A DNA stretch of 47,451 nt, taken from Candidatus Pacearchaeota archaeon. Its GTDB lineage: Archaea > Nanobdellota > Nanobdellia > Pacearchaeales > GW2011-AR1. Every line of letters starts with the position of its first letter. The first letter of the stretch is position 1. The notes beneath the pieces are model-generated. The model did not search any database. It had not been told where the DNA came from and saw only the letters and a list, made by a program, of their open reading frames with translations. The stretch is taken from contig VGKS01000002.1 in NCBI GenBank assembly GCA_016866935.1, forward strand, positions 1-47,451, in the 5' to 3' direction. The position numbers and the translations under genes were made by a program. Of this stretch, positions 28,484 to 37,581 are shown piece by piece.

Positions 28484-28500
28484 AGAAATATCCCTCAAAA

Positions 28501-29094
28501 TTATCTAGCAGAATCTGCTTGTTTTTCAGCTTCTGTCTTTTTATTAACAGCATAACTATCCATACTTCCTTCAGAAGCTGCAATTATTTCTTTAGCAAGA
28601 CATTCAGCCATCTTGCTCTTCTTTCCGAATGACTTTTGGAAAGAACCCTGAACCATCCATCTAATTGCTAAATTAACTCTTCTCAAAGGAGAAACGTCAA
28701 CTGCTTGAGGATATCTAGCTCCACCATATTCAATTGTTGTAATCTCATCTCTTGGAGAACCATTCTCAATTGCCTTAACTAAAACTTGAACAGGATTCAC
28801 TTTCTTTCTATCAGCAATTATTTGCAAAGCATCTATTATTGTCTGCATATTTCTTCCATATTTTCCAGAAGAATGAGAAGTAATTATCTTGTGTTTTTTA
28901 CCAACATGTCCGGGAACTGCAAGTCTATTTGCAAATCTTTCAATTATGTGCACTTTTGTCTGAGTAAATTTTCCAACGTTTCTTCCGTGAGATTTAACAA
29001 GTAATTTTGGTTGAATATTTATGTAAGGTGCAAGTGCAACATCTGTAACTTTTACTTCTGTCATGTCGTATAAATCAAATATCTTAAAACTCAT
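28501..29094 (-). CDS. rps7: 30S ribosomal protein uS7
   Basis: NPVQVLVKAIENGSPRDE, GGARYPQAVDVSPLRR, C-terminal ADSAR. Confidence 0.98.
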   Translation of the reverse strand: MSFKIFDLYDMTEVKVTDVALAPYINIQPKLLVKSHGRNVGKFTQTKVHIIERFANRLAVPGHVGKKHKIITSHSSGKYGRNMQTIIDALQIIADRKKVNPVQVLVKAIENGSPRDEITTIEYGGARYPQAVDVSPLRRVNLAIRWMVQGSFQKSFGKKSKMAECLAKEIIAASEGSMDSYAVNKKTEAEKQADSAR

Positions 29095-29372
29095 TGTGTC
29101 AAACCCCTTGTATTTCTTAGCCTTAATGTGACAGACCTATTTCTTACATTTACAGCATAAACATAATCTCTAGCTAATAGGGCATTTCCATCTGAAAGAT
29201 AGACCCCATTATCTGTAGGGATTAAGATCTCATCAATTACAGAACCATTATAAGCAACTCTAACTGGTCGACCATCAGCTATTATTCTTACATTTTTGGC
29301 TCTTCTTTGTTCGCTATTTTGTGATTTAACTCTTCTTTGAGAGAATAATGGTAATGTAAGAAATTCAGTCAT
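29091..29372 (-). CDS. Hypothetical basic beta-rich protein inserted between rps12 and rps7
   Basis: ATGA overlaps at both ends. Confidence 0.75.
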   Translation of the reverse strand: MTEFLTLPLFSQRRVKSQNSEQRRAKNVRIIADGRPVRVAYNGSVIDEILIPTDNGVYLSDGNALLARDYVYAVNVRNRSVTLRLRNTRGLTQ

Positions 29373-29557
29373 GCTACTGCTCCTGCATAGCCAAGTCTAA
29401 TTCTAACTTTAGCACCTGCTCTGTCTGTTTCTTTGATTCCAGTTATGCTCAATGGTCTTTTAAATATGGTATCATTAAAGGTAGCTAAATATTTACTAAT
29501 CCTTTGTCTTGAGCTTAAGTGCACTCTATCATTTCCAGAATCGGGAGTATAAACCAT
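29369..29557 (-). CDS. Hypothetical basic protein inserted between rps12 and rps7
   Basis: TAATG overlap with the rps12 stop; ATGA overlap with the next ORF. Confidence 0.7.
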   Translation of the reverse strand: MVYTPDSGNDRVHLSSRQRISKYLATFNDTIFKRPLSITGIKETDRAGAKVRIRLGYAGAVA

Positions 29558-29979
29558 TATCTTCTTCCCTTTTCTATCTTACCTTTCCACAATAAGTGAA
29601 GTGGCTGATCATTTACTTGAATAACTCTGAATCTAATACCTCTGATGTTTCCTTTAGATCTTCCTTGCTTTCCACCAATTCTTTCAATCATAACTTCATC
29701 GTGTTCATCAACAAATTTTTGAGCTAAGTTTCCAGGGATAAATGCTCCAACGCTAATTCCAGATTTTACAAGCTGAACTTTGCAACATTTTCTCATTCCG
29801 CTAGATGGCTGAGCAGCTTCTTTTTGAAATTTACTTACAACAATTCCTTTAGCTTGAGAAGCTCCACCAAGAGGATCTGCTTTAACATTAAGTTTCAGAG
29901 TTCTAACTTTGTAAGTTCTATCGTTCCATCTGAACTTCTTTCTATTCTTCATTAATTTCTTAGCGTTGAATAAACCCAT
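29557..29979 (-). CDS. rps12: 30S ribosomal protein uS12 (divergent decoding loops)
   Basis: DPLGGASQAKGIV, RKCCKVQL, AFIPG, DEHDEV, KGKIEKGRR; located after nusA. Confidence 0.96.
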   Translation of the reverse strand: MGLFNAKKLMKNRKKFRWNDRTYKVRTLKLNVKADPLGGASQAKGIVVSKFQKEAAQPSSGMRKCCKVQLVKSGISVGAFIPGNLAQKFVDEHDEVMIERIGGKQGRSKGNIRGIRFRVIQVNDQPLHLLWKGKIEKGRR

Positions 29980-30024
29980 GCATAAACCTTCGGTAAAATT
30001 GGTTTTTAAACCTTACTCTAATGA

Positions 30025-30438
30025 TTAAACAACTTTAACTTCTTTGCCGAAATAATCTTTTATAATCGCACTTAATTCCAAAAGTCTTGTTTTATTTCTT
30101 CCAATCAGCGTAGCAGCGCGTTCACGAGAACCTGCTGTAATAACATAAACTCCTTCTTGTAATTCAAAATTATCAAATCCAGCAGGAGAAACAACACTCT
30201 CAACAAATCTTCCGATAGAGTTCAAATCATCATCTGCATCTTTAATTACTCTAATTCTCTTTCCAAGCTGTTCTGAAATAGCTCTAGAGATTTGAGGATT
30301 AGCAGTCTTGCCAAAAAACCTTGCAGGAACAGCAAAATAAATTGTGTTGTTGTAAATGAAACACTTAGTTGCACGAACTCTAGCAATGCGCTCGAAGAGA
30401 TTTATGTATCTCATTGTCTGCATATCAATTATCGCCAT
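30025..30438 (-). CDS. nusA: Archaeal NusA (two KH domains)
   Basis: MRYINLFERIARV..KCFIY, LIGRNK; position between rpoA and rps12. Confidence 0.9.
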   Translation of the reverse strand: MAIIDMQTMRYINLFERIARVRATKCFIYNNTIYFAVPARFFGKTANPQISRAISEQLGKRIRVIKDADDDLNSIGRFVESVVSPAGFDNFELQEGVYVITAGSRERAATLIGRNKTRLLELSAIIKDYFGKEVKVV

Positions 30439-30545
30439 GTTCAGAATTTTCTAGTATTGTATGCATACCAGTTTAGTTCTGAACTGCTAATAACTTCAGT
30501 TATTTCCATTTTATTATTTGTATTTCATCAAACCAGTTTATAAAA
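30439..30545 (-). promoter_or_regulatory. nusA leader: TATA box, 22-codon uORF and a long hairpin abutting the start codon
   Basis: TTTATAAA at 30538-30545; uORF 30509..30441; GTTCAGAA/TTCTGAAC and CTGGTAT/ATACTAG stems at 30439-30484. Confidence 0.5.
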
Positions 30546-30549
30546 TTAA

Positions 30550-33500
30550 TTACTCTTTTTTAGATTTGTTCTTAACCTTCTTATCCACTAGAGCACCTGT
30601 AACTTTTACAAGCAATCCTGGAAGACCAGTTCCTACTGGTATTGGCTGGTTGAGTATAATATTTTCAATTACAGAAGCTAAGTCATCTTTCTTTCCTTGT
30701 ATTGTAGCATTAACAAACTGTTTATCAGGTGTTTCGAATGCTGCACGAGCGAAAATACTTGATTTAGATGAAATAATTCCCATTCTTGTAACTCCCTTAA
30801 CCAATCCTGTGTTTGTCATAGCATCAGATATCAAATCTAAGTGTCTCTCGTCGATATCTAAACCCTGAGAATCAAGAACTTTCTTAATTTCTAGTAAAAT
30901 TGCTTCTCTAGCAGCTTCAATTCCAAGAACAGCTGCAACTTCATGAACGTTGTTTGTGAATACGCGGTCTTTGTCAACTCCTTTGAACCCAATTACTTCT
31001 TTCAAGTTTGATCCAGAAGTCAAAATAACGAAGTCACGTCCTCTGTGAGCAACAACAACTTGAGATATTTGCTTTACTCCTGAAATTATAGTGTTCTTTA
31101 ACTTTTCTTTAACCTTATACATTTCTTTGAATCCCATTTCAGTTGCCTTCAATATGATTGTATTATCTTTTTGCTTAGCGTCAAATCCTTTTTCATTCAA
31201 TCTTTCTGCAATCTTACTAGCACCAACATGTACCCTTTTCAATGCGTCCGAGTCTAATTCTATCTCTATCTTCTTTCCAGAGAAGTCCATCTTTACTTCA
31301 GATGCAATCTCTTCAAGCTTAACTTCTTTCAACTTTTCAGCAATATTTCTTGCATCTTTTTCATTGTTAGAATCTTTGTCCAAGTATATTTCCATTGCAG
31401 GCGTTGAAGGTTCTTTTCTAGCGTCGAATATTTCAATCAAACGAGGTAAACCAAGTGTAACTTGTACTTCAGCAACTCCAGCAGAGTGGAATACGTTCAA
31501 AACCATCTGTGTTGAAGATTCTCCAAATGACTGCGATGTTGTAACCCCAACAGCTTCTCCGGGTTGTATTTTCCTTCCAGCGTGTAATTCAGATACGTCT
31601 TTTCCATCTCCACCATATGAAAATTGAACAATATTTTGTGAAGCGTCTCTTACAGTTCCATCATACTCTACTTTCAAGTCTTGCAAAGCTGAAACAAGTC
31701 TTCTATACAAGTAACCGGATTTAGGAGTTCTAAGAGCTGTATCCATAAGTCCGTCTCTTCCAGTAATTGCTCCAAAGAAGAATTCAGTTGGTTTTAATCC
31801 TTCGAAGAATGAAGACTTAATGAATCCTTTTGCTTCTGATCCAACATCGCCTTTCTTGAAGTGAGATGTTGTTCTTCCATTGTAACCAAATCCAATACGC
31901 TTGTTCCATAAAATCTGCTGACCCACACAACAACCAATCTGAGTAATGTTAGTTGCAGATCCAGCTGCTCCAGACGAAATCATGCTTCCAATAGCAGAAT
32001 CTTTAGAAATATTTTCTTTTACAACTTTACCAACTTCAGTTCTTACTTCATTAAGCACTTGAGATATCTTAATTTCCTTAGTTTCATTAACATCTTTACC
32101 AGGCAATAATTCTAAGTCTCCAGATTTAGCCATTTGATCTATCTTCAATGTCTTTTCATAAGCAGTTTCTATAATCTTTTTAGTAATTTCTCTTACTTTA
32201 GGATTAACATCTAGATCACGTAAACCTAATGAGAACCCTCTTCTTGTAATATATTGGGTACCAAGAGCAGCAGCCTTCTGGATAGAGTCTATAGCAACAT
32301 CGCGTCCATGCTCTTTATCAATTTGTTTAACCATAATTCCCTTTTCCAATCCAAGAGTGTTTTCATCTGTAAGTTCTTTAGGAACTTTAGTAACCTCACT
32401 CTTAGGTATTACTTGAGCAAATACTTCTGTTCCATCCATGTTCTTAGCTGAAGCTTTGTTAACAACTCCGGAAGCGAATAATACTTGGTCAGCATCAGCT
32501 TTAGATAAAGAATCTTTTCCAAGAACATAGTTTCCAGTCAAGGCGTCAGTAATCAAACCAATTAAGTTCGAGTTGTTCTTAGAAGATATAATATTGTGTT
32601 TAATATTTAATAATGTCTCAGCTTCGCTTCTTGCTTCTTCAGTTTGAGGAGAGTGTATGTTAACTTCATCTCCGTCGAAGTCAGCGTTATATGGGAATAC
32701 GACTGCAGGGTGTAACCTAAATGTCTTGTATGGAAGAACCCTTACATAGTGAGCCATCAAACTTTGTTTGTGAAGAGAAGGGTGCCTGTTAAACAATACA
32801 ACATCCCCATCAACTAAATGCCTTTCAACTTTGTATCCAGGAGCAAGTTCAGCACAAATCTCTTCTTTTAATTCTTCAGTAATTCTCTTCTTCTTTCCAT
32901 CAGGTCTTACAACATAATTAGCTCCAGGGTGGGTATCTCCTTTTCTTACAAGAGATTTCATATACTCCAAATTAGCAGTTGTAACTCCTTCAGCCACAGT
33001 GATTATTTTCGCAACTTCAAATGGAACTCCAACTTCATTTAATGCTAAATACGGGTCAGGGGAAACTACGGTTCTAGCAGAAAAGTTAACTCTTTTACCT
33101 GCCAGGTTTTTTCTAATTCTTCCTTCCTTACCTTTAATTCTTTCAGTAATAGTCTTAAGAGGTTGTCCGGATCTGTGTCTTGCAGGCGGAATCTTAGAAA
33201 TGTTATTATCAAAGAATGTTGTAACATGATACTGTAATAAGTCCCAAAGATCTTCAATAATTACTTCAGGAGCTCCAGCGTTCAAGTTTTCCCACAATCT
33301 TTGGTTAGCTCTAATGATATCAGAAATCTTATGAGTTAAATCGTCTTCAGATCTTTCTCCAGTATCAAGAGTAATTGAAGGTCTCATTGTTACACTAGGT
33401 ACTAATAATTGTGAAAGTATTGCCCACTCAGGTCTGAAAGTTTTAGGATTAACTCCTATCTTCTTTATTTCCTCGTCTTTGATTTTAACAAGCATTTCTC

Positions 33501-33993
33501 TTATTTCGTTAGGGAATAATCTCTTCTTTCCAGTATAGAATGAGGTAGGTTTCTCTAGTTTTATTTTTTCAAGATCAACATTACAGTGAGGGCACTTCTT
33601 TTTATCGCGAGCCTTCTTAGCTCTTTCAATAGGGGTATATTTCTTTTGTTTTTCGTCTTCTAAAGTCAATTTACCGCATGCATGACAGAAACTTCTAAGG
33701 AATAATTCAATTAACGGAATATATTTGATATGCACAATTGGTCTAGCCATTTCAATGCTTCCAGGGTGTCCAAGACATTCCTTAAGACGACCTCCGCAAG
33801 TTCTACATCTAACTCCAGGGTCAACCGCTCCCAAACGAAGATCCATTAAACCACCATCCACAGGGAATCCATCTATATCATATAGTTCTGGTGTAACTAC
33901 TTTAGCAGTTGATAGTTTCTTAATCTGTTCAGGATTAACCAAACTAAATCTAAGCGATTTTACTTGTTTCTTAACTACGTCAGGGTTTGCCAT
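30550..33993 (-). CDS. rpoA: DNA-directed RNA polymerase largest subunit, A' and A'' fused
   Basis: CRTC...CLGHPG, GKRVNFSAR, NADFDGD, bridge helix DTALRT..SGYLYRR, continuing into A'' motifs PGEAVG, GLPRLIE and AAFE. Confidence 0.98.
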   Translation of the reverse strand: MANPDVVKKQVKSLRFSLVNPEQIKKLSTAKVVTPELYDIDGFPVDGGLMDLRLGAVDPGVRCRTCGGRLKECLGHPGSIEMARPIVHIKYIPLIELFLRSFCHACGKLTLEDEKQKKYTPIERAKKARDKKKCPHCNVDLEKIKLEKPTSFYTGKKRLFPNEIREMLVKIKDEEIKKIGVNPKTFRPEWAILSQLLVPSVTMRPSITLDTGERSEDDLTHKISDIIRANQRLWENLNAGAPEVIIEDLWDLLQYHVTTFFDNNISKIPPARHRSGQPLKTITERIKGKEGRIRKNLAGKRVNFSARTVVSPDPYLALNEVGVPFEVAKIITVAEGVTTANLEYMKSLVRKGDTHPGANYVVRPDGKKKRITEELKEEICAELAPGYKVERHLVDGDVVLFNRHPSLHKQSLMAHYVRVLPYKTFRLHPAVVFPYNADFDGDEVNIHSPQTEEARSEAETLLNIKHNIISSKNNSNLIGLITDALTGNYVLGKDSLSKADADQVLFASGVVNKASAKNMDGTEVFAQVIPKSEVTKVPKELTDENTLGLEKGIMVKQIDKEHGRDVAIDSIQKAAALGTQYITRRGFSLGLRDLDVNPKVREITKKIIETAYEKTLKIDQMAKSGDLELLPGKDVNETKEIKISQVLNEVRTEVGKVVKENISKDSAIGSMISSGAAGSATNITQIGCCVGQQILWNKRIGFGYNGRTTSHFKKGDVGSEAKGFIKSSFFEGLKPTEFFFGAITGRDGLMDTALRTPKSGYLYRRLVSALQDLKVEYDGTVRDASQNIVQFSYGGDGKDVSELHAGRKIQPGEAVGVTTSQSFGESSTQMVLNVFHSAGVAEVQVTLGLPRLIEIFDARKEPSTPAMEIYLDKDSNNEKDARNIAEKLKEVKLEEIASEVKMDFSGKKIEIELDSDALKRVHVGASKIAERLNEKGFDAKQKDNTIILKATEMGFKEMYKVKEKLKNTIISGVKQISQVVVAHRGRDFVILTSGSNLKEVIGFKGVDKDRVFTNNVHEVAAVLGIEAAREAILLEIKKVLDSQGLDIDERHLDLISDAMTNTGLVKGVTRMGIISSKSSIFARAAFETPDKQFVNATIQGKKDDLASVIENIILNQPIPVGTGLPGLLVKVTGALVDKKVKNKSKKE

Positions 33994-33994
33994 T

Positions 33995-36900
33995 TTATTG
34001 TTCGTATTTGTTCTTTAGTTCAAATGATGTTAATATATGTAATCCAAGTAGTTCTTCAACTAACAACTTGAATGCATATGCAACTTCAATTGGTTCAATG
34101 TCATTTCCTCCGCAAATAGGACAATAAATCTTGTTTCTAATTCCATCTTTAATTCCGATGTTTCCGCAAGATGAACATATATGGATAACGGTCTTGTCAG
34201 AGTCATATCTTTCCTTCAATAATAGGGATGCTCCATGGGCAACTAAAGCTTGCTGCTCCATTTCTCCTAATCTTAATGCTCCCCCTCTTGCTCTTCCTTC
34301 AACTGGTTGACGAGTCAATAATGTTACTTTACCTGAAGCTCTAGCCTGCAACTTGTTCTTAACCATGTGAACAAGTTTCAAATAATACATGTTACCAACA
34401 TAAATTCTAGCATCCATCTTTCTTCCTGTGACTCCATCATACATTTCTTCTTTTCCATCAAAGCTAAAGCCCATATGGGTAAGTTGTTTTTCTAAGTCTT
34501 CAACTTTAGCACCTGTGAATGGCGTTCCATCAATAAATCTTCCTGTAATTGCTCCAACTTTTCCTGCTAAGACTTCAATCATATAACCAACAGTCATACG
34601 AGAAGGAATACCATGGGGATTGAAAATCAAATCAGGTTTAACTCCTTTATTTGTGAATGGAATATCTTTAGGATCTGCAAGTAACCCAACTACTCCTTTC
34701 TGTCCGTGAGGTGTAGAGAATTTATCTCCGGGCTCAGGTAATCTATGGTCTCTTATTCTTACTCTAGCAATCTTGTTCCCTTCTGAATCAGTTGTAATGA
34801 ATACAGAGTCTACTATTCCAGATTCGCCTTGTTTAATAGCAACGCTTCCCTCTTTCTTCGACTGTATGCTTAAGTTTCTTGCTTCAGACAAGAACTTAGG
34901 AGGCGTTGTTTTACCAATAATAACTTCGGATGAAGATAATTGAGCTTCAGGGTAAACAATTCCATCATCTTCTAAGAACCTATAAGATGCTTCAGTTCTA
35001 TATCCAGAAACATCTTTCTCGGGAATAGTTATCTCGTCTTTTAATCCACCAGCATAATTGAATTCAACAGACTCGTATGGTTTGAAGTATGTACTTCTGC
35101 CCATTCCTCTTTCGACTGAAGCTCTATTAAGAATTGTAGCGTCTTCTAAGTTATATCCTTCATATGGCATAACCGCAACTACAATATTCTGTCCAGCAGG
35201 ATATAATTTCAATGTATCAAATACGAATGACTTTACAAGTGGGTTCTGAGGATAGTGAAGAACAGATGAGTTTGTGTCCATTCTTACAAGATAGTTAGCA
35301 GCATAAATTCCAAGTGACTGTCTTAATGTTTTACTTCCTCTTAATAATCTAGAAGCCTGGTCATGATTTGCAAAAGGCACAAGTGATGTTACTAATCCAA
35401 ATATAGCAACAGGGTCAATTTCTAAATGAGTATTCTTATCGCTAACTTGCTCAGGCGTCTGAGCAACAAATGCATCTTCTTCCTCAGCAGCATCGATATA
35501 TTCTACAACTCCTTCTTTAATTAATTCTCTCCAGTTTAATGATCCTTGTTCTAACAATACTAAGTGTTCATCTTTAAGTTTTGATGCTCCATGTTCAACG
35601 ACAATCAAAGGTCTCAATACTCTTCCAACCTCTGTTGAAATAACAATAGTCTTAGCAGGACTATCACTGGTTATGCTTAACTCAAGAGGGAAATGTGCTT
35701 TTCTTCTTTCTTTTCTAACAGCAGAAACAAATGCATCAACATCTTTAGCCATTCCAATATATTTACCGTTGAAGAATACATCTTTTCCAGATTCTTCATT
35801 TAATCCAAGAGATTGTATTGTTTTTACTGTTGTTTTCTCATCTAAGTCAATTGAGTTTGATATCCTTGATAATATAGCAAGGTTCTTTCTTAATCCAATT
35901 TCAGTTCCTTCAGGTGTTTCTGTAGGACAGAACCTACCATAATGTGTAGGGTGAAGAGTACGTGCAAGGAAGTTCTCTTGTTCATCTGGAAGCATAGAAG
36001 ACACTCTCTGTAATGAAGATAACATATCAAGATAGTTGTTCTTCGACATGTTCTGAGTAACTCCAGATCTTTCTCCAATCCAGGCTCCTGTAGCAATAGC
36101 GCTTTCAACTCTGTGTGTGAACAAAGTAGATTTAGCAACAGTCTTTACTGAATAGAATTTTTTTCTCTTTGCAACTTTCTGCAATGTATATTGAATATCT
36201 TTTACTAATATATTCATATTTACCCTAAATAAATCAGCTAACAAATCTCCAGACAATTTAATTCTCTTATTAGCATAATGGTCTTTGTCTGTTCTCAATC
36301 CATCATCTTGTTTAGCTTGTAAGAATTGTTTAAGCATTTTACATAAGTTAATAGCTTTCTCCATTCTGTTTTCTTTTGTTAAACCAATGTGAGGCAAGAA
36401 GTATGAATCAACTCTCTGTTTCACTCTATCTAATATTTCCTTTTCCGTTCCTTGTATTCCAGATAATTCAGCAACCTGCATGAATGCACCCTTAGGTTGC
36501 TGTATCTTAGCATATTCGTACAAGTTAACAATAACAGCATCATCTTGTCTTCCAATATACTTAGCAATTTCAGCTTCAGTTAATATCCCAAGAGCTTTAA
36601 TCATAACAAGAGCTGGAATATTCTTTAATCTTGAGAATGTAACTTCCAATATGCCTTCAGCTGTTTCTGAAATAGTAGTAGGAATTCTATAAGGTCCTCT
36701 TTGAGAAAACATACGTAATGTTAATCCTCTTCTGCCTTCTTCTATAAATGGCTGGTTAGGAGCAAGATCCTCAGCCATAACAATAACTCTTTCATTTCCG
36801 TTAACAATAAAGTATCCTCCAGGGTCAAGAGGATCTATTAATGCTTCTCTTAATTCATCTTTACTCATATCATGAGTGTTACATATATCGCTTTTTACTA

Positions 36901-37246
36901 TAACTGGTATCCTTCCAATTTCAACTTCAGCGCTATCAGAATTATCTCCAAAATTAACTGTTATCTCTACATAGATTGGAGCAGAATAAGTTATTCTTCT
37001 CAGTCTAGCTTCAGTTGGAGTTATTAATGAAATGCTTCCATCTGATTCAGTAACATTAGGCTTTCCAATTCTTACTTTTCCAAATTTTATTTTTACCTCA
37101 TCTTGGGGAATAGTATCGTTAAGTTCGTAAACAATTTGCTGCATCCTTCTTGTAACAAAATCGTTGAAACTTCTAATACTTGATTCTACTAGTGAATGTT
37201 GTTGTAAATACTTCTTTATCAGAATGTGTTTATCAGCAACGCTCAT
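33995..37246 (-). CDS. rpoB: DNA-directed RNA polymerase subunit B (unsplit)
   Basis: GGYFIVNGNE, CPTETPEG, GYNLEDA, GDKF...HGQKG, RLGEME; C-terminal Zn ribbon. Confidence 0.99.
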   Translation of the reverse strand: MSVADKHILIKKYLQQHSLVESSIRSFNDFVTRRMQQIVYELNDTIPQDEVKIKFGKVRIGKPNVTESDGSISLITPTEARLRRITYSAPIYVEITVNFGDNSDSAEVEIGRIPVIVKSDICNTHDMSKDELREALIDPLDPGGYFIVNGNERVIVMAEDLAPNQPFIEEGRRGLTLRMFSQRGPYRIPTTISETAEGILEVTFSRLKNIPALVMIKALGILTEAEIAKYIGRQDDAVIVNLYEYAKIQQPKGAFMQVAELSGIQGTEKEILDRVKQRVDSYFLPHIGLTKENRMEKAINLCKMLKQFLQAKQDDGLRTDKDHYANKRIKLSGDLLADLFRVNMNILVKDIQYTLQKVAKRKKFYSVKTVAKSTLFTHRVESAIATGAWIGERSGVTQNMSKNNYLDMLSSLQRVSSMLPDEQENFLARTLHPTHYGRFCPTETPEGTEIGLRKNLAILSRISNSIDLDEKTTVKTIQSLGLNEESGKDVFFNGKYIGMAKDVDAFVSAVRKERRKAHFPLELSITSDSPAKTIVISTEVGRVLRPLIVVEHGASKLKDEHLVLLEQGSLNWRELIKEGVVEYIDAAEEEDAFVAQTPEQVSDKNTHLEIDPVAIFGLVTSLVPFANHDQASRLLRGSKTLRQSLGIYAANYLVRMDTNSSVLHYPQNPLVKSFVFDTLKLYPAGQNIVVAVMPYEGYNLEDATILNRASVERGMGRSTYFKPYESVEFNYAGGLKDEITIPEKDVSGYRTEASYRFLEDDGIVYPEAQLSSSEVIIGKTTPPKFLSEARNLSIQSKKEGSVAIKQGESGIVDSVFITTDSEGNKIARVRIRDHRLPEPGDKFSTPHGQKGVVGLLADPKDIPFTNKGVKPDLIFNPHGIPSRMTVGYMIEVLAGKVGAITGRFIDGTPFTGAKVEDLEKQLTHMGFSFDGKEEMYDGVTGRKMDARIYVGNMYYLKLVHMVKNKLQARASGKVTLLTRQPVEGRARGGALRLGEMEQQALVAHGASLLLKERYDSDKTVIHICSSCGNIGIKDGIRNKIYCPICGGNDIEPIEVAYAFKLLVEELLGLHILTSFELKNKYEQ

Positions 37247-37449
37247 GCCACCACCCTAAAATAAACATTTATTTTGTCTCTGAATTTTCTTTCAATTTGA
37301 ATAACGTCTCCAGAAGCACAACCCTCAGGCAATGCACCATCATCAGCTTTTATTCTCGGTAATTGTGAAACGGATATATTATATTTCTCTAGAATTTTCT
37401 TAACCTCTTCGGTTTTTAGCTTTGTATGTTTTGGTTGGAGGGCGTGCAT
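37243..37449 (-). CDS. rpoH: RNA polymerase subunit H (Rpo5)
   Basis: HALQPKH, QLPRIKADD, GDVIQIER, YFRVV; ATGA overlap with rpoB. Confidence 0.96.
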   Translation of the reverse strand: MHALQPKHTKLKTEEVKKILEKYNISVSQLPRIKADDGALPEGCASGDVIQIERKFRDKINVYFRVVA

Positions 37450-37581
37450 TTTTAATCGAAAAAATCATAATTGTTTATGACTTTGAAGGTAAAATAGAAT
37501 TGCAAAAAGTGGTTTTTAAATGTTGCGCTTTAATGTCGGTATGCAAAGTTTAAGTATGTTGATATAAAAAGTCAACTTTGC

